NCBI GenBank assembly: GCA_965262005.1
Contig: OZ253492.1
Location: 207,321 to 271,320, forward strand
Length of the DNA: 64,000 nucleotides
Direction of reading: 5' to 3'
Source of the DNA: Phototrophicaceae bacterium
Lineage (GTDB): Bacteria; Chloroflexota; Anaerolineae; Aggregatilineales; Phototrophicaceae
In this document: piece by piece, positions 9,753 to 18,980 of the stretch
How the letters are laid out: every line of letters starts with the position of its first letter
How positions within the stretch are numbered: position 1 is the stretch's first letter
Position numbers and translations under genes: made by a program
The notes under the pieces: model-generated
Databases searched by the model: none
The model's input: the letters and a program-made list of their open reading frames with translations, nothing else
Told to the model about the DNA's origin: nothing

Positions 9753-10040
9753 TTAATGCGGCGGCAGGACTGGCAGACACTCCGCTGAGACGGCTTCGGC
9801 GTAACTGATCAGTGAGACGACGCCTTTGTGTCCTCTCGGCTCATAGTAGCGCCGGATCTCCACGATATCGCAGCGCCCCATGTCCATTCTTACTCTTTGC
9901 GAGGTGACGCCAAGCTCGGCGGCGCAGTCGGTGACGTTTTGGTGCTGGTTGAGCTTCATCAATAGGAAATCTCTCAGTTTGAGTCCTTCGCGGGCATGGA
10001 TCAACCGGTTCAGTTTCGCTTTAACGCAGGGCTGGGGCAT
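9753..10040 (-). CDS. small putative HTH DNA-binding protein
   Basis: Start taken at ATG 10040 (MPQPCVKAKLNRL...). HTH-like VTDCAAELGVTSQRV. A similar start-less remnant lies convergent on the + strand at about 9590-9790 (SLASELGESPAAISRALAEYKILEIKLY). Confidence 0.3.
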   Translation of the reverse strand: MPQPCVKAKLNRLIHAREGLKLRDFLLMKLNQHQNVTDCAAELGVTSQRVRMDMGRCDIVEIRRYYEPRGHKGVVSLISYAEAVSAECLPVLPPH

Positions 10041-10252
10041 ATGAAGTACCCCTGTTTTAATCCCATAGAAACAGTGTTCCAGCGGGTGATGCCGCATCGG
10101 GTCGCCGGGGGCTTTCCATGCCTACTGGTGCCGTTTCCCCAGAACAATGCCCTGACCGATAGAGTATGGACCAGCGCTGCGGCCGGCGCAGGCTGAAAGT
10201 CGACATTAGAAGATTGTGAGCCCTATGAGTTTATGGGGTAAATCGCCGGCTT

Positions 10253-10420
10253 TTAGCGGATTTTCGCCTCGTTGTCACGCAATGCAGTATCGATTTCCCT
10301 ACGCTTCTCCGCTTCGAATTGGGCACGGAAAGTTTCGCTTAGCTCGAAACGGTTCCCGCAACGAGGGCATTCGACCAGTTGACTGGAGGTGCTAGCCATG
10401 TTGTTGCTGCTGTCCACCAT
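10253..10420 (-). CDS. 55-aa zinc-ribbon ORF (possible truncated remnant)
   Basis: GGAG is 7 nt upstream of ATG 10420. MVDSSNNMASTSSQLVECPRCGNRFELSETFRAQFEAEKRREIDTALRDNEAKIR. The CPxCG ribbon plus coiled coil resembles N-termini of DUF2130-type proteins (from memory only). Confidence 0.3.
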   Translation of the reverse strand: MVDSSNNMASTSSQLVECPRCGNRFELSETFRAQFEAEKRREIDTALRDNEAKIR

Positions 10421-10794
10421 CGATTGACTCCGCGCATTCGTTTGTCTCAGTAGAAAATTGCCAAGCCTACGTGACTCACAAAGCTGTCAAACAAGGCCAG
10501 AAGCTTTGCAGGCTCATTTTGTCGATACTTCTTATCCACATTCGCATTGCACATAATATGATTTGTAAGGGGCTTATATACCAAAGTAACACGCATCACT
10601 GGCAAATGATCGGAACATAGCCGCCGCCCATCGTCTCGCAGATCGCGCGCCGGCAACTTGCTGCCGAACAACCCCTTGGCGACTTGCGTAAGCCGGAGGC
10701 ATTTCATGTCGCCACAGCTATACAGATTCTGGTTCTGAAAGAGCGTGAGCGGCAGTCAGGGAGCGGGATGAAAACTTGCGAGCTCAACGCTTTG

Positions 10795-11148
10795 TTACCT
10801 ATCTGATGGCGGCCATAGCCCAGCCTGCTTTAGCGCTCGCAAGAGTGTCCAAGCGGGCACTGTATCGCCATCCTTGCGAAGCTGAATATGTGTTAGCCAA
10901 ATAATAGTATCGGTGACAAAGAAATAAACTCGGAAACCTCCGCTCTTTCCACTTTCTGATGAGCTATCTTTCATACGAGCAGTCCAAAGCGGCGCCTCGT
11001 CAACACCTGAGACGCGCTTCCAGTTTTCGCAAGACGCCTCCAAGTTCACAATGAAGTCTTTATAGTCTGATGCCAGCTCGTGGCGATTCTTGCGCAACTT
11101 CTTGAGCTGACGATCAAAATCGGCTATTCTACGTACCTCCCTGGCCAC
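10795..11148 (-). CDS. RelE/ParE-superfamily toxin-like protein
   Basis: Signature SGKSGGFRVYFFV followed by a beta-strand and short helix, 117 aa. Overlaps the upstream gene by 20 nt. Confidence 0.6.
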   Translation of the reverse strand: MAREVRRIADFDRQLKKLRKNRHELASDYKDFIVNLEASCENWKRVSGVDEAPLWTARMKDSSSESGKSGGFRVYFFVTDTIIWLTHIQLRKDGDTVPAWTLLRALKQAGLWPPSDR

Positions 11149-11701
11149 CGGTCGATCCTTCCAGCAGTTCGTCGATCAACTCAAGTGCCGGTCGACCTCC
11201 GCCCGCCGCGATTTCAGAGAAGCCCCGCTGAAAGCTCTCTTCTTGTGCCTTCTCATCCGAGTAGTCCTGAAAGACGCTGTTCTGTCTCTGGTCAGGGTAC
11301 AGATGATAGATTGCTCGCACAAGTTCCTTAAAGGACATACTCGTCACCCATCCAACTATTTGCCTGATTCCCGATTCCAGGTCTTCCGACAAACCAGACA
11401 GGCCACACAGCCCGGTTGTGGCGCCAGGCGCTAAGCGGTAAGAGGGGCGGCCATCCTTGTCAGTGAGCACTTCTATCACCATCCCGTCGCACAATCTCTC
11501 TATATCCGAATAGGCATCTTGCGCGAAAGGTCCGTACATATACGGCCGAAATTGATAGAAATTCGCTGGCAGCCTCCCATCGAACTCCTCGCCCACCAAA
11601 AACACTGATTTCTGCAGCTGCGCTCGGTCAAGACCAGTGTCTCCAGCAGCTGCAACGATGGCGATCAATATGCACTCTCTGCTCGCCATCTGCTCACTCA
11701 C
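11129..11701 (-). CDS. putative antitoxin, Panacea/DUF4065 (SocA)-like domain (tentative)
   Basis: LQKSVFLVGEEF...FYQFRPYMYGPFAQDAYSDIERL resembles the LQKLLY...F.AW.YGP core of DUF4065. Sits directly upstream of and overlapping the RelE-like gene. TAG stop. Confidence 0.4.
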   Translation of the reverse strand: MSEQMASRECILIAIVAAAGDTGLDRAQLQKSVFLVGEEFDGRLPANFYQFRPYMYGPFAQDAYSDIERLCDGMVIEVLTDKDGRPSYRLAPGATTGLCGLSGLSEDLESGIRQIVGWVTSMSFKELVRAIYHLYPDQRQNSVFQDYSDEKAQEESFQRGFSEIAAGGGRPALELIDELLEGSTGGQGGT

Positions 11702-12847
11702 ATTACACCTCCCATTCTTGACTTCGCGGATTCCTTAGACATGTCACGGCCATTCCACTTGATATCCCTAATCTATTCTACTAGACATGTGTAATCGATT
11801 CAACAACACCAAGTGCAAAATGGCCAGGAAATTCTGGCCAGTCGCATCGCTCGAATCCCATGTATACTGCGCGATTGAGCGGGTTCAAGATGATGAAAAG
11901 AACTTGTGCCTGCAAGGGCGGCGGGACGCAGTGTTCCGGTTGTGTCCGCTTCAGTTCGATGGCGATGGACCGAATGTCAGGCTCACTCCGGGTGGACAGG
12001 GCGCAGTCGTGGCACGCGCGCAGAGCGCCCGACACATAGTCAGACAAGGCAGCATTTGAGCGACGCGGGATTCTGTCGCCTGACAAGAGCGCATATAGTC
12101 ATGCGCGAGAGCCGCCTCGCGGCGCAGGCAGAACACGTTGCGCTTCCCCCTGGAAACGTATCGGGTACGTGGCGGGCCTGCTGTTCAGGCTGTCGCTGGG
12201 AGTGCTGCGCCAGGCGTTCGCAGTGAAGAAGATGAATGAGGGCAGGGTTGGCGAAACGGTCCGCAAAATGGTCGGCGCCGGGCCAGCGCGCCGGAGCGAA
12301 GTCGGCCGCAAGATCAAGCGGATCATCGAGCTGAATCCAGCGTTGTGAAATCGAATCTTCGTTTTACGCTTTGGCATACAATGGCGCGGTCGCGGGCAGC
12401 AGGCGCGTTTCGGTCGAAATTCGCCATTCCCCTTGACAGCGCCCCATGGTCATTCCGGGAAAATCCGCGGCGCATCTCTGCACCGGTTGCGGTCCCCGAA
12501 AATATATCGGTTCCTTCCAAAATCCCGCTAAGTGTCGTTGCCGGTTCCGGCTCGTGATTTTTTGACGGGTGGGGGGTGGGATCACCTGCCGCCGGCGTTG
12601 TTGTAAATAGTGCTTTCTAACAGCGCTAATTTGATCACCGTTCCCAGCATGTTGCTGTCCAGGCCGAGTCCCTCTGCACAGCGTCTCTTGGACATGCCTG
12701 CCCGGCCAATCCGCAGCGACTTGCTCCCGAAATCGGAGCCTGCTCTCATAACACAATTGAAAATGAATCGCAGAATTCGCGCCAGAATGGAGTCACCATT
12801 AAGCGGCGAGGTAATCGCGTCTGGCAGGTGATGGCCATCGAGCAGGC

Positions 12848-13194
12848 TCTATGATGAGGGGAGTCATTCGTTTTCGAAACCTAACTTCCCTCGCACTGTG
12901 TGCGCTACGTGTTAGCATGACGTAGTCGTGCCCGACAAGAACAGAGCAACTGAAATCTCCGGCCATGAGATTGCTCTCCAGCAGTGACTGCGTTCACTCG
13001 ACAGATGCACAAAAAGGAGACGCCACACGAGCGCCACAAAATCTAATATCAGATAGCGGCAAGGTCTACCGCCTGCGTACGGGAAGGCGGCGCTGCCTGT
13101 TGCGCTACGCCACGGCAAAAGTGTGAGACAGGACCACCACCGAGACCTATTCGCGCACCTGCACATCTAATCTCACATACAAACAATGTTTACT
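12848..13194 (+). repeat. copy A (internally deleted, truncated) of a leader block paralogous to 37032..38038
   Basis: About 80% identical to rc of 37831..38038 (outer block) and of 37032..37166 (inner block). Two hairpins are conserved by compensatory changes (12856-12864/12884-12892 and 12905-12910/12920-12925). Confidence 0.8.
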
Positions 13195-14583
13195 AAAGCT
13201 CCTTTATGAAAATTCCTTTATAGCCTCCCGTAACTCACGTAATTCTCCTGGCGAAACACCTCTCTAGCCCAATAATCACGTGTGCTACAGAGGATTTCTC
13301 GCGCGCGACCGCGCGAGAAACCAAAATTAGTCGAATGGCGTTCGAACACGGTTTGGAGTAGGTTGAAGAGATTCACTTCGAAGAGGGCTACAAGCTGCGC
13401 GATGAGTTACGGGCGACTATTCTCGAGGAAGCGCAACTCTTATGATAAACCCGCCCGGGCCGCTTGGACTTGCCTGAAGATTGTAGGCTCTCTTAGGGCG
13501 AGCGTTTGGTTTGCCCATGGGCGCTTGGCGATCCTATGAGAGGCATATGACCCCAGGAGACTTGCACGCGGTGCTGTTCTTTGCCAGGCTCACGAGTTAT
13601 CAGCGTTGACGCACATAGCGGCGCACGTCAACGCATGTCGTGTTCTGAGTGCCGCAGGCATAAAGGTGTGCCCTCCGAGAAGAAAAAACCGCACAGCGAG
13701 CGCCACAGGGCACCGTATTGAGCTGATTTGCCCAAATTGACGGTCAGAATGCCGTCTGAAAGTTTACAATGCACCTGGCTGTAGCAGTCAGAAAACTCCA
13801 GCCTACTAACCGGCCGCGTCAATGAGCCATGACCCTGCGCAACGGGCAGACTCCGCTCGTATCGAATCTGGGCACACATCGCTCTGGACGCAAGGCATGT
13901 GGCTCGCGCGAGCCCTGAAGCAAAAAACGTGCACGTCGGACAAATGTCCGCCATGCACGAAAATGAGAGATTGTCGCTAATGAGGGTAGTTTGTGCAGGA
14001 ACGTGTTATAGAAGGGGCGGACAAAAGGGGCGGAGCCGCACAACCCAGGAAGCCCGCAGTTATGGCCGACTGTGGGTTGTTCCGATATATAACTCGCATG
14101 CCGACCAGCGCTGTTTAAATTTAGTACCTTTCCCATGCCAACCAGCGCCGTGTTCAAAGCAGGAACCCGCCCTGTCGCGAGAGATCAGTATTCGACACAT
14201 TGCGCCGTGGCGATTATGTCCCGCGCCAAAACGGCAATAATCTGGATGACTTCCGCATCGTCAGGCGCTATATCCAACAGCAGCAGCGTATCGACGCTGG
14301 CATCACCCGTCCAAGCCCTCTGATGCGCCATACGGGTCAGAATACCGGCTTACTTGTTCGTCTCTAACAAACGATGTGAAGCAAAGATATGGCGCAATAG
14401 TTTTCGAGAGTTGCCACTACTTTGTAATAGATTGTAGGTATTAAATTGTGCGATTATCATAATCAAGAGTGCTTGTGCAGTAGACCAGTATTTATGCTGC
14501 AAGCATCAGAGTCAACGCGACTTGCAGCCTGTCGGTCACGGTCACAAAACCGTATCTAACTGCTGTAGTACAAGGAGCGCGCT

Positions 14584-15267
14584 ATGTCACGGACCAAGCC
14601 GGTTTTCTCATTCATAGCGTTCACAATCCTGTTGTCCGCGATTTTGATGGTTGCGCCCGTACCTGCCGTATACGCAGCCAGCATCACAGTCAATTCCACT
14701 TGCAGCCTGGCTGATGCGATCACCACCGCCAATACCGATAGAGCGAAGGGAGGCTGCCCGGCCGGCAGCGGCGCCGATACGATCACACTGAGCGCGAACA
14801 TAACCTTGGATGCGGCGCTGCCCTACATTCGTTCCGACATAACAATCGAGGGTGGTGGCTATGCAATCAGTGGTAATAACAGCTATCGAATCTTTCGGAT
14901 AACCAGCAGGGGTAACCTCACTCTAAATAATGTAACGCTCACTAATGGAAACAACTTGCACGAGGGCGGCGCGATCCTCAGCTATGACGGCACGTTGACC
15001 ATCACCAACAGTACTTTAAGCAACAATTCGGTGAGCAGACAAGGCGGCGCCATCTATAGCTCGCATCACAGCACAGTAACCATCAGCAACAGCACTTTCA
15101 GCGGCAACTCGGCCAATTGGGGCGGGGCGATCCTTAATCAGGTATTGAGGACGCTAAACGTAAGCAACAGCACCTTCCGCGACAACTCAGCCAGAATGGG
15201 TGGCGCAATCGCCAGCTCAAGCTCGCCCATCACCGGCGACGACACCATCACCGTCACTGGCAATTAG
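14584..15267 (+). CDS. adhesin fragment 1: signal peptide + beta-helix repeats
   Basis: MSRTKPVFSFIAFTILLSAILMVAPVPAVYA signal. Repeats of the form N-S-T-x-S-x-N-S-A-x-x-GGAI. Ends at an amber codon where paralogous repeats have TCG/TCA (Ser). Confidence 0.7.
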   Translation: MSRTKPVFSFIAFTILLSAILMVAPVPAVYAASITVNSTCSLADAITTANTDRAKGGCPAGSGADTITLSANITLDAALPYIRSDITIEGGGYAISGNNSYRIFRITSRGNLTLNNVTLTNGNNLHEGGAILSYDGTLTITNSTLSNNSVSRQGGAIYSSHHSTVTISNSTFSGNSANWGGAILNQVLRTLNVSNSTFRDNSARMGGAIASSSSPITGDDTITVTGN

Positions 15268-16650
15268 GCTGTCGGAAACGGTGGCGGTGTATTTGTTCAG
15301 GCTGTTAGCGGCAGAGTAACCCTTAAGCATGTCACTGTGGCGAATAACTCAGCTGCCAGCGGAGGCGGGGTTTATAAAGATGAGAGAGGAACACTCAAAT
15401 CGCAGAACAGCATAATTGCCGGAAGCACCGACGGTGATTGTATAGGCGGCTTGGATCAAAATATTAACAATCTGATTCAGGATAATTCCTGTTCGCCGGC
15501 ATTGAGTGGTAATCCCAAGCTAGGCGCGCTTACCGGTTCACCCGCTTATTATCCGCTCTTGAGTGACAGCCCGGTGATCAATGCGGCGAATGCCGACCAT
15601 TGCACGGCAACCGATCAGTTTGGCACCACACGGCCGCAGGGCGCTGCTTGCGACATTGGCGCTTATGAATTGCCCGCTGCGTCGATACCAACTGCTACCC
15701 TTGCGCCGACCGAGACATCGACGCCAACGGAGACACCAACGCCGCTACCCTTCAACGTGACGCTGAATGGCACGGCCTGTCACCTCCATGATGCCATCAC
15801 GGCCGCCAATAGCGAAACCGCAACCGGTTCCTGCCCGGCGGGCAGCGGCGCCGATACTATCTCCCTCTTAGCAAACATCAACTTGAATACAGCATCAGCA
15901 CACGCTGGCGCTCCGTATTACCTGACCCAGATTAAATCAGCGATAACGATCCAAGGCAACGGATATACGATCAGTGGACATGGCACCGGCTTGCGCGAGG
16001 ACAGCGGTTACAGTTTCTTCTATATGTTTCCCGGCGCCAGCAGCCTCACGCTTAACAATGTGACGATTCGCAACGGCAGCCAAGTGGTCAGAAACAGCGG
16101 TGGCACAGTTAACATCACAAACAGCACCATCGAGAATATATGGGACGAAACGGCGATCTCAAGCGGGAATTTCACCAGCAGAATTATCGAACCGGGGCGC
16201 ACGTTCATCGCAACTTTGACTATCTCCAATACCACGATACGCAATGTTGAAGATCACTTCATCAGTCGGGAGCGGGGCGGAGGCGCGATTGTTGTCGGGC
16301 CCGGCAATGTAAGCATCTCGAATAACACGATCAGCAACAATCTGCGAGCTATTCCAACAGAGCATATGGCGGCGGGCTTTTCATCAACGGCGCGACAATT
16401 TCCATCAGCAACACGACAATTAGCAGGAACTCAGCGCACGGCTACGGAAGCAGCGGCGGGGGGATCTATGTCAAACAAGGGGTTGTCACCATCAGCAACA
16501 GTACCATCAGCGGAAATGCTGCGACTTCCACAGGCGTCGGCGGCGGCATCTGGATTGAAGGCGGCAGCGTTAGCATCAGCAACAGCACCATCAGGAACAA
16601 TAGCGCAAACAGACATGGCGGCGGCATCCGCGTATCGAACGGGGACCTGA
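15268..16650 (+). CDS. adhesin fragment 2: beta-helix repeats (same frame as fragment 1)
   Basis: AVGNGGGVFVQ... continues in the frame of 14584. Real coding leaves this frame near 16342; the tail to 16650 (A/S/T-rich) is out of frame. Confidence 0.65.
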   Translation, partial: AVGNGGGVFVQAVSGRVTLKHVTVANNSAASGGGVYKDERGTLKSQNSIIAGSTDGDCIGGLDQNINNLIQDNSCSPALSGNPKLGALTGSPAYYPLLSDSPVINAANADHCTATDQFGTTRPQGAACDIGAYELPAASIPTATLAPTETSTPTETPTPLPFNVTLNGTACHLHDAITAANSETATGSCPAGSGADTISLLANINLNTASAHAGAPYYLTQIKSAITIQGNGYTISGHGTGLREDSGYSFFYMFPGASSLTLNNVTIRNGSQVVRNSGGTVNITNSTIENIWDETAISSGNFTSRIIEPGRTFIATLTISNTTIRNVEDHFISRERGGGAIVVGPGNVSISNNTISNNLRAIPTEHMAAGFSSTARQFPSATRQLAGTQRTATEAAAGGSMSNKGLSPSATVPSAEMLRLPQASAAASGLKAAALASATAPSGTIAQTDMAAASAYRTGT

Positions 16651-18980
16651 CACTCAAGCATGTCACGGTGGCAAATAATTCAGCTGGAAGCGGCGGTGAT
16701 CTATCGATACTACAGAACGGCGACTTTGAGCCTACCGAGGCCATCAGATCAGTAGCAGGCTATGGGGCCAATGTGATCATGGTCAACAGCATTATTGCGG
16801 ACAGCACAAGGGGTGGAGATTGCGTCGGTAGCTTGGATCAGAACTTCCACAACCTGATCCAGGACGGTTCCTGTTCGCCGGCATTGAGTGGTGATCCGAA
16901 GCTGGGCGCGCTCACCGGTTCACCCGCCTACTTCCCGCTGCTCAATGACAGCATAGCCCTCGGCGCGGCTGATTCAGCATACTGCCCGGCCACTGATCAA
17001 GCGGGCAACACACGCCCAAGTCCCGCCAACACCAACTGCGACATCGGCGCTTATGAATCTTCTCTTGTGGTAGCGACGGCAACGAACACGCCAACAGCGA
17101 CAGCCACTCCTACAGAGACGCCAACCGAGACACCCACCCCGACAGACACCGCAACGCCAACAGATACACCAGCGGCGACCGAGACCTGCGTAAATGTCGG
17201 TCCGGGAGCTTATTGGCTGTTCTTTGAAGACAATTTCTTGAGCGGTCTCATCACTGTCTATCCAGCAAGTGGCTGCGAGGAATTAGAGATCACAGAGATC
17301 TCAATCGGCGAGGACGGCTATGTCTATACCACAGACGGGCAAGCCGCTGCCTTAGCGCTCTGCGCGGCCGCCCATAATGATGGCAACACATATAGCGTGC
17401 TGATGTACGCAAAAAACACTGATGTCTGGCAGTGCATTCTGGCGTTCACCGCCACGCCCGGGCCCGCTGAAACCGATACGCCGCTCCCTGCTGCTACCGA
17501 TACTCAAATTCCGCCGACCAATACGCCAGCGCTGGTGGTGGATAGTGGCGTCGCCACGGATCGCGCGGCGCTGGTCGCCTTGTATAACAGCACGGATGGC
17601 GACAACTGGGCGGACAACACCAACTGGCTAAGTGGCGAGCCGATCGGCGATTGGTATGGCATCACAACTAACGCTGATGGACGCGTCGTGGAAATAGATC
17701 TTCGTGACAATAGCGTGGGCGGCACGCTCCCGTCGGCGCTAGGCAACCTCTCCGAATTAAAGATTCTAAACCTGAGTTGGAACAGACATAAATCTAGCGA
17801 ACCCCCGGTGGTCGTAGCTGGGCCGCCCACAAACCTGGGTGTAGGCTGGGATGGAGGATTGAGTGGGCCCATACCAGCGGAAATAGGCAATCTGTCAAAG
17901 CTTGAGAAGTTGTATTTGAACGTCAACTTTCTCAGTGGGTCAATTCCATCTTCACTGGGCAATCTTTCCAAATTGGAGCGTCTGTACGCCCACGCAAACC
18001 TGCTGACCGGACCTATCCCCTCATCGCTTGGCAAACTGTCGAATCTGACTCGGATAAGCTTCGGCCTTAATCAATTGAATGGATCTATACCGTCAGAGCT
18101 GGGGAATCTCGCCAATTTAGAGATGCTCAGGCTTGGTTCCAATAAGCTCAGCGGAACTATTCCGACATCACTGGGTGGCCTCAGTAACCTGAAATGGCTG
18201 AGTCTCAGTAATAATGAATTGAGCGGGTGTATCCCTGAGGCGTGGCAGAGCTTGCCATCGTCCGATGACGAATACACCCCCTTGCATGACTTGTCGTATC
18301 TGAATCTACCATACTGTACACTAGCGACACAGACTGATACGCCCACGGCAACAGCGACTGATACACCGACAGCGACGAATACGACTACACCAACCGCGAC
18401 CAACACACCCGAACCAAGAGCGATAGAGAACGGGGCAAACAGCGATGGGCGCCACTGCGTAGTGAGCATATTTGGATATTTTCCGGTGCCGGAGAATAAC
18501 TTCTTGGCCGCGGGCCTGTTTTTGTACGGGGATGATGAATGCAGTCAAGGCGACGGAGTTGAATTTCCGGTCACAGGTAACTACGGGACGGCCTATTCCC
18601 CGACAGGCAGGGAAGCGGCGGCGGCGATCTGCCAACGAGAGAATGCGGATGGCTACGATTACAGGGTCGGTCCCTTCACCTTGCATCCGGATCTCTACGT
18701 TTGCATTCGGGGCGAAGCGAGCGCCGCGGCCAGCGATACGCCTTCACCGACTGCGACACCATCGCCAACAGCGAGCAACAGCGAGCAACACGCCAGAGCC
18801 AACCACCACCAACACGCCGCTGCCGACGAATACCACAGTGCCGCCGACCCATACGCCCGCGCCAACTCCAAGCGGATTCTGCGTTCTGGTCGGTCCCGGC
18901 ACCTATTGGCTGTTCCCCAACGATCGCTTCTTAAGCGGCCTTATCACCGTCTACGCTGGCAGCGACTGTGGCCAGCTTGA
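16347..18980 (+). CDS. adhesin fragment 3: beta-helix, Cys module A1, plant-type LRR, Cys module B1
   Basis: The frame is open from 16347 (SYSNRAYGGGLFINGATISISNTTI...). LRRs LSGSIPSSLGNLSKLERLYAHANLLTGPIPSSLGKLSNL... The tail after 18790 is out of frame. Confidence 0.65.
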   Translation, partial: SYSNRAYGGGLFINGATISISNTTISRNSAHGYGSSGGGIYVKQGVVTISNSTISGNAATSTGVGGGIWIEGGSVSISNSTIRNNSANRHGGGIRVSNGDLTLKHVTVANNSAGSGGDLSILQNGDFEPTEAIRSVAGYGANVIMVNSIIADSTRGGDCVGSLDQNFHNLIQDGSCSPALSGDPKLGALTGSPAYFPLLNDSIALGAADSAYCPATDQAGNTRPSPANTNCDIGAYESSLVVATATNTPTATATPTETPTETPTPTDTATPTDTPAATETCVNVGPGAYWLFFEDNFLSGLITVYPASGCEELEITEISIGEDGYVYTTDGQAAALALCAAAHNDGNTYSVLMYAKNTDVWQCILAFTATPGPAETDTPLPAATDTQIPPTNTPALVVDSGVATDRAALVALYNSTDGDNWADNTNWLSGEPIGDWYGITTNADGRVVEIDLRDNSVGGTLPSALGNLSELKILNLSWNRHKSSEPPVVVAGPPTNLGVGWDGGLSGPIPAEIGNLSKLEKLYLNVNFLSGSIPSSLGNLSKLERLYAHANLLTGPIPSSLGKLSNLTRISFGLNQLNGSIPSELGNLANLEMLRLGSNKLSGTIPTSLGGLSNLKWLSLSNNELSGCIPEAWQSLPSSDDEYTPLHDLSYLNLPYCTLATQTDTPTATATDTPTATNTTTPTATNTPEPRAIENGANSDGRHCVVSIFGYFPVPENNFLAAGLFLYGDDECSQGDGVEFPVTGNYGTAYSPTGREAAAAICQRENADGYDYRVGPFTLHPDLYVCIRGEASAAASDTPSPTATPSPTASNSEQHARANHHQHAAADEYHSAADPYARANSKRILRSGRSRHLLAVPQRSLLKRPYHRLRWQRLWPA

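Noticed and set aside
12848-13194. Group II intron or IS200/IS605-TnpB omega-RNA identity for the conserved block
   Set aside because: Copy B has no GUGYG 5' end. I could find no domain-V-like hairpin. No RT, TnpA, TnpB or IscB-like frame lies adjacent in either copy. This cannot be fully excluded without covariance-model searches.
13295-13320. Perfect 11-bp GC-rich hairpin TTTCTCGCGCG-CGAC-CGCGCGAGAAA as a rho-independent terminator
   Set aside because: There is no U-tract on either strand and no intact gene ends next to it. It is possibly a relic or a protein-binding palindrome, so it was left unannotated.
11781-14580. Many 60-130-aa ORFs in the 2.8 kb between the TA module and the adhesin gene
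   Set aside because: None shows a recognisable motif, RBS or consistent frame. The region looks like decayed remnants. Examples are a start-less HTH-like C-terminus on the minus strand at 12560-12848 and the copy A block.
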